A DNA stretch of 61,966 bases, filler included, from Globobulimina sp. (taxonomy: Eukaryota): NCBI GenBank assembly GCA_003354225.1. It is 18 parts of 18 records of this genome, joined end to end, with 100 filler letters (N's around TTAATTAATTAA, not from the genome) between each part and the next. Parts side by side here need not be neighbours in the genome. Positions count along the whole stretch, not along the records: positions 58,623 to 61,966 come from PIVH01003017.1; 17 more parts are not named here. One strand, written 5' to 3'. The position numbers were made by a program, and so were the translations under genes. The notes below the pieces were generated by a model. That model worked only from the letters and a program-made list of their open reading frames with translations, did no database searches and had not been told where the DNA came from. Below are positions 61,693 through 61,966 of this stretch, in pieces. Numbering within the stretch: the first letter of the stretch is position 1; each line of letters begins with the position of its first letter.

Positions 61693-61966
61693 ACATTTTT
61701 TCTTTTTTTTTTATTATTTAATTATATATTTTATGCGCTATGCACTATGCTCCTTTTACTTTAGTAACTAGTTTAACTCTGACTAGCTTTCTTCTGTCTC
61801 ACCGGTGTGAGGATATTAACTACTTCAGATTTAACTTCGTAAAGTGTGTCTTAAATGTGAAGAATCCGCTACTATAAACAGAGAAAATTGGATACAATTA
61901 ATTTTCATAATATTTTTGTTCAATGTCTTGCAAATTAAATATTGATTCTTCATCTCCATTTAGAAA

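Overview
This is not a contiguous locus. It is 18 short contigs (3,344-3,352 bp, sorted by decreasing length) joined by 17 artificial N44-TTAATTAATTAA-N44 linkers, so adjacency across linkers means nothing. The DNA is mostly an AT-rich, gene-dense eukaryotic nuclear genome with short GT-AG introns (about 42-114 nt) and the standard genetic code. The gene-family flavour suggests a foraminiferan or other rhizarian protist, but this is an inference. Recognisable genes include sphingosine-1-phosphate lyase, TOR, ATG3, ESF1, RRP5-like, HYDIN, panB, an Erv-family oxidase, an XK-family protein, an acyl-CoA dehydrogenase and a 6-phosphogluconolactonase-like protein. Two contigs begin with clearly bacterial fragments (hsdM/hsdS and a TonB-dependent receptor), probably chimeras. 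The three most interesting items are: (1) an ammonium transporter fused to an RGS-like domain, a candidate ammonium transceptor coupled to G-protein signalling; (2) a PPR protein ending in an intact DYW-type cytidine deaminase domain, a candidate organellar RNA-editing factor outside plants; and (3) a RAG1-related (Transib/Chapaev-like) transposase whose putative CACAGT(T) terminus interrupts a host gene. All family calls come from motif recognition by eye; no database searches were run.
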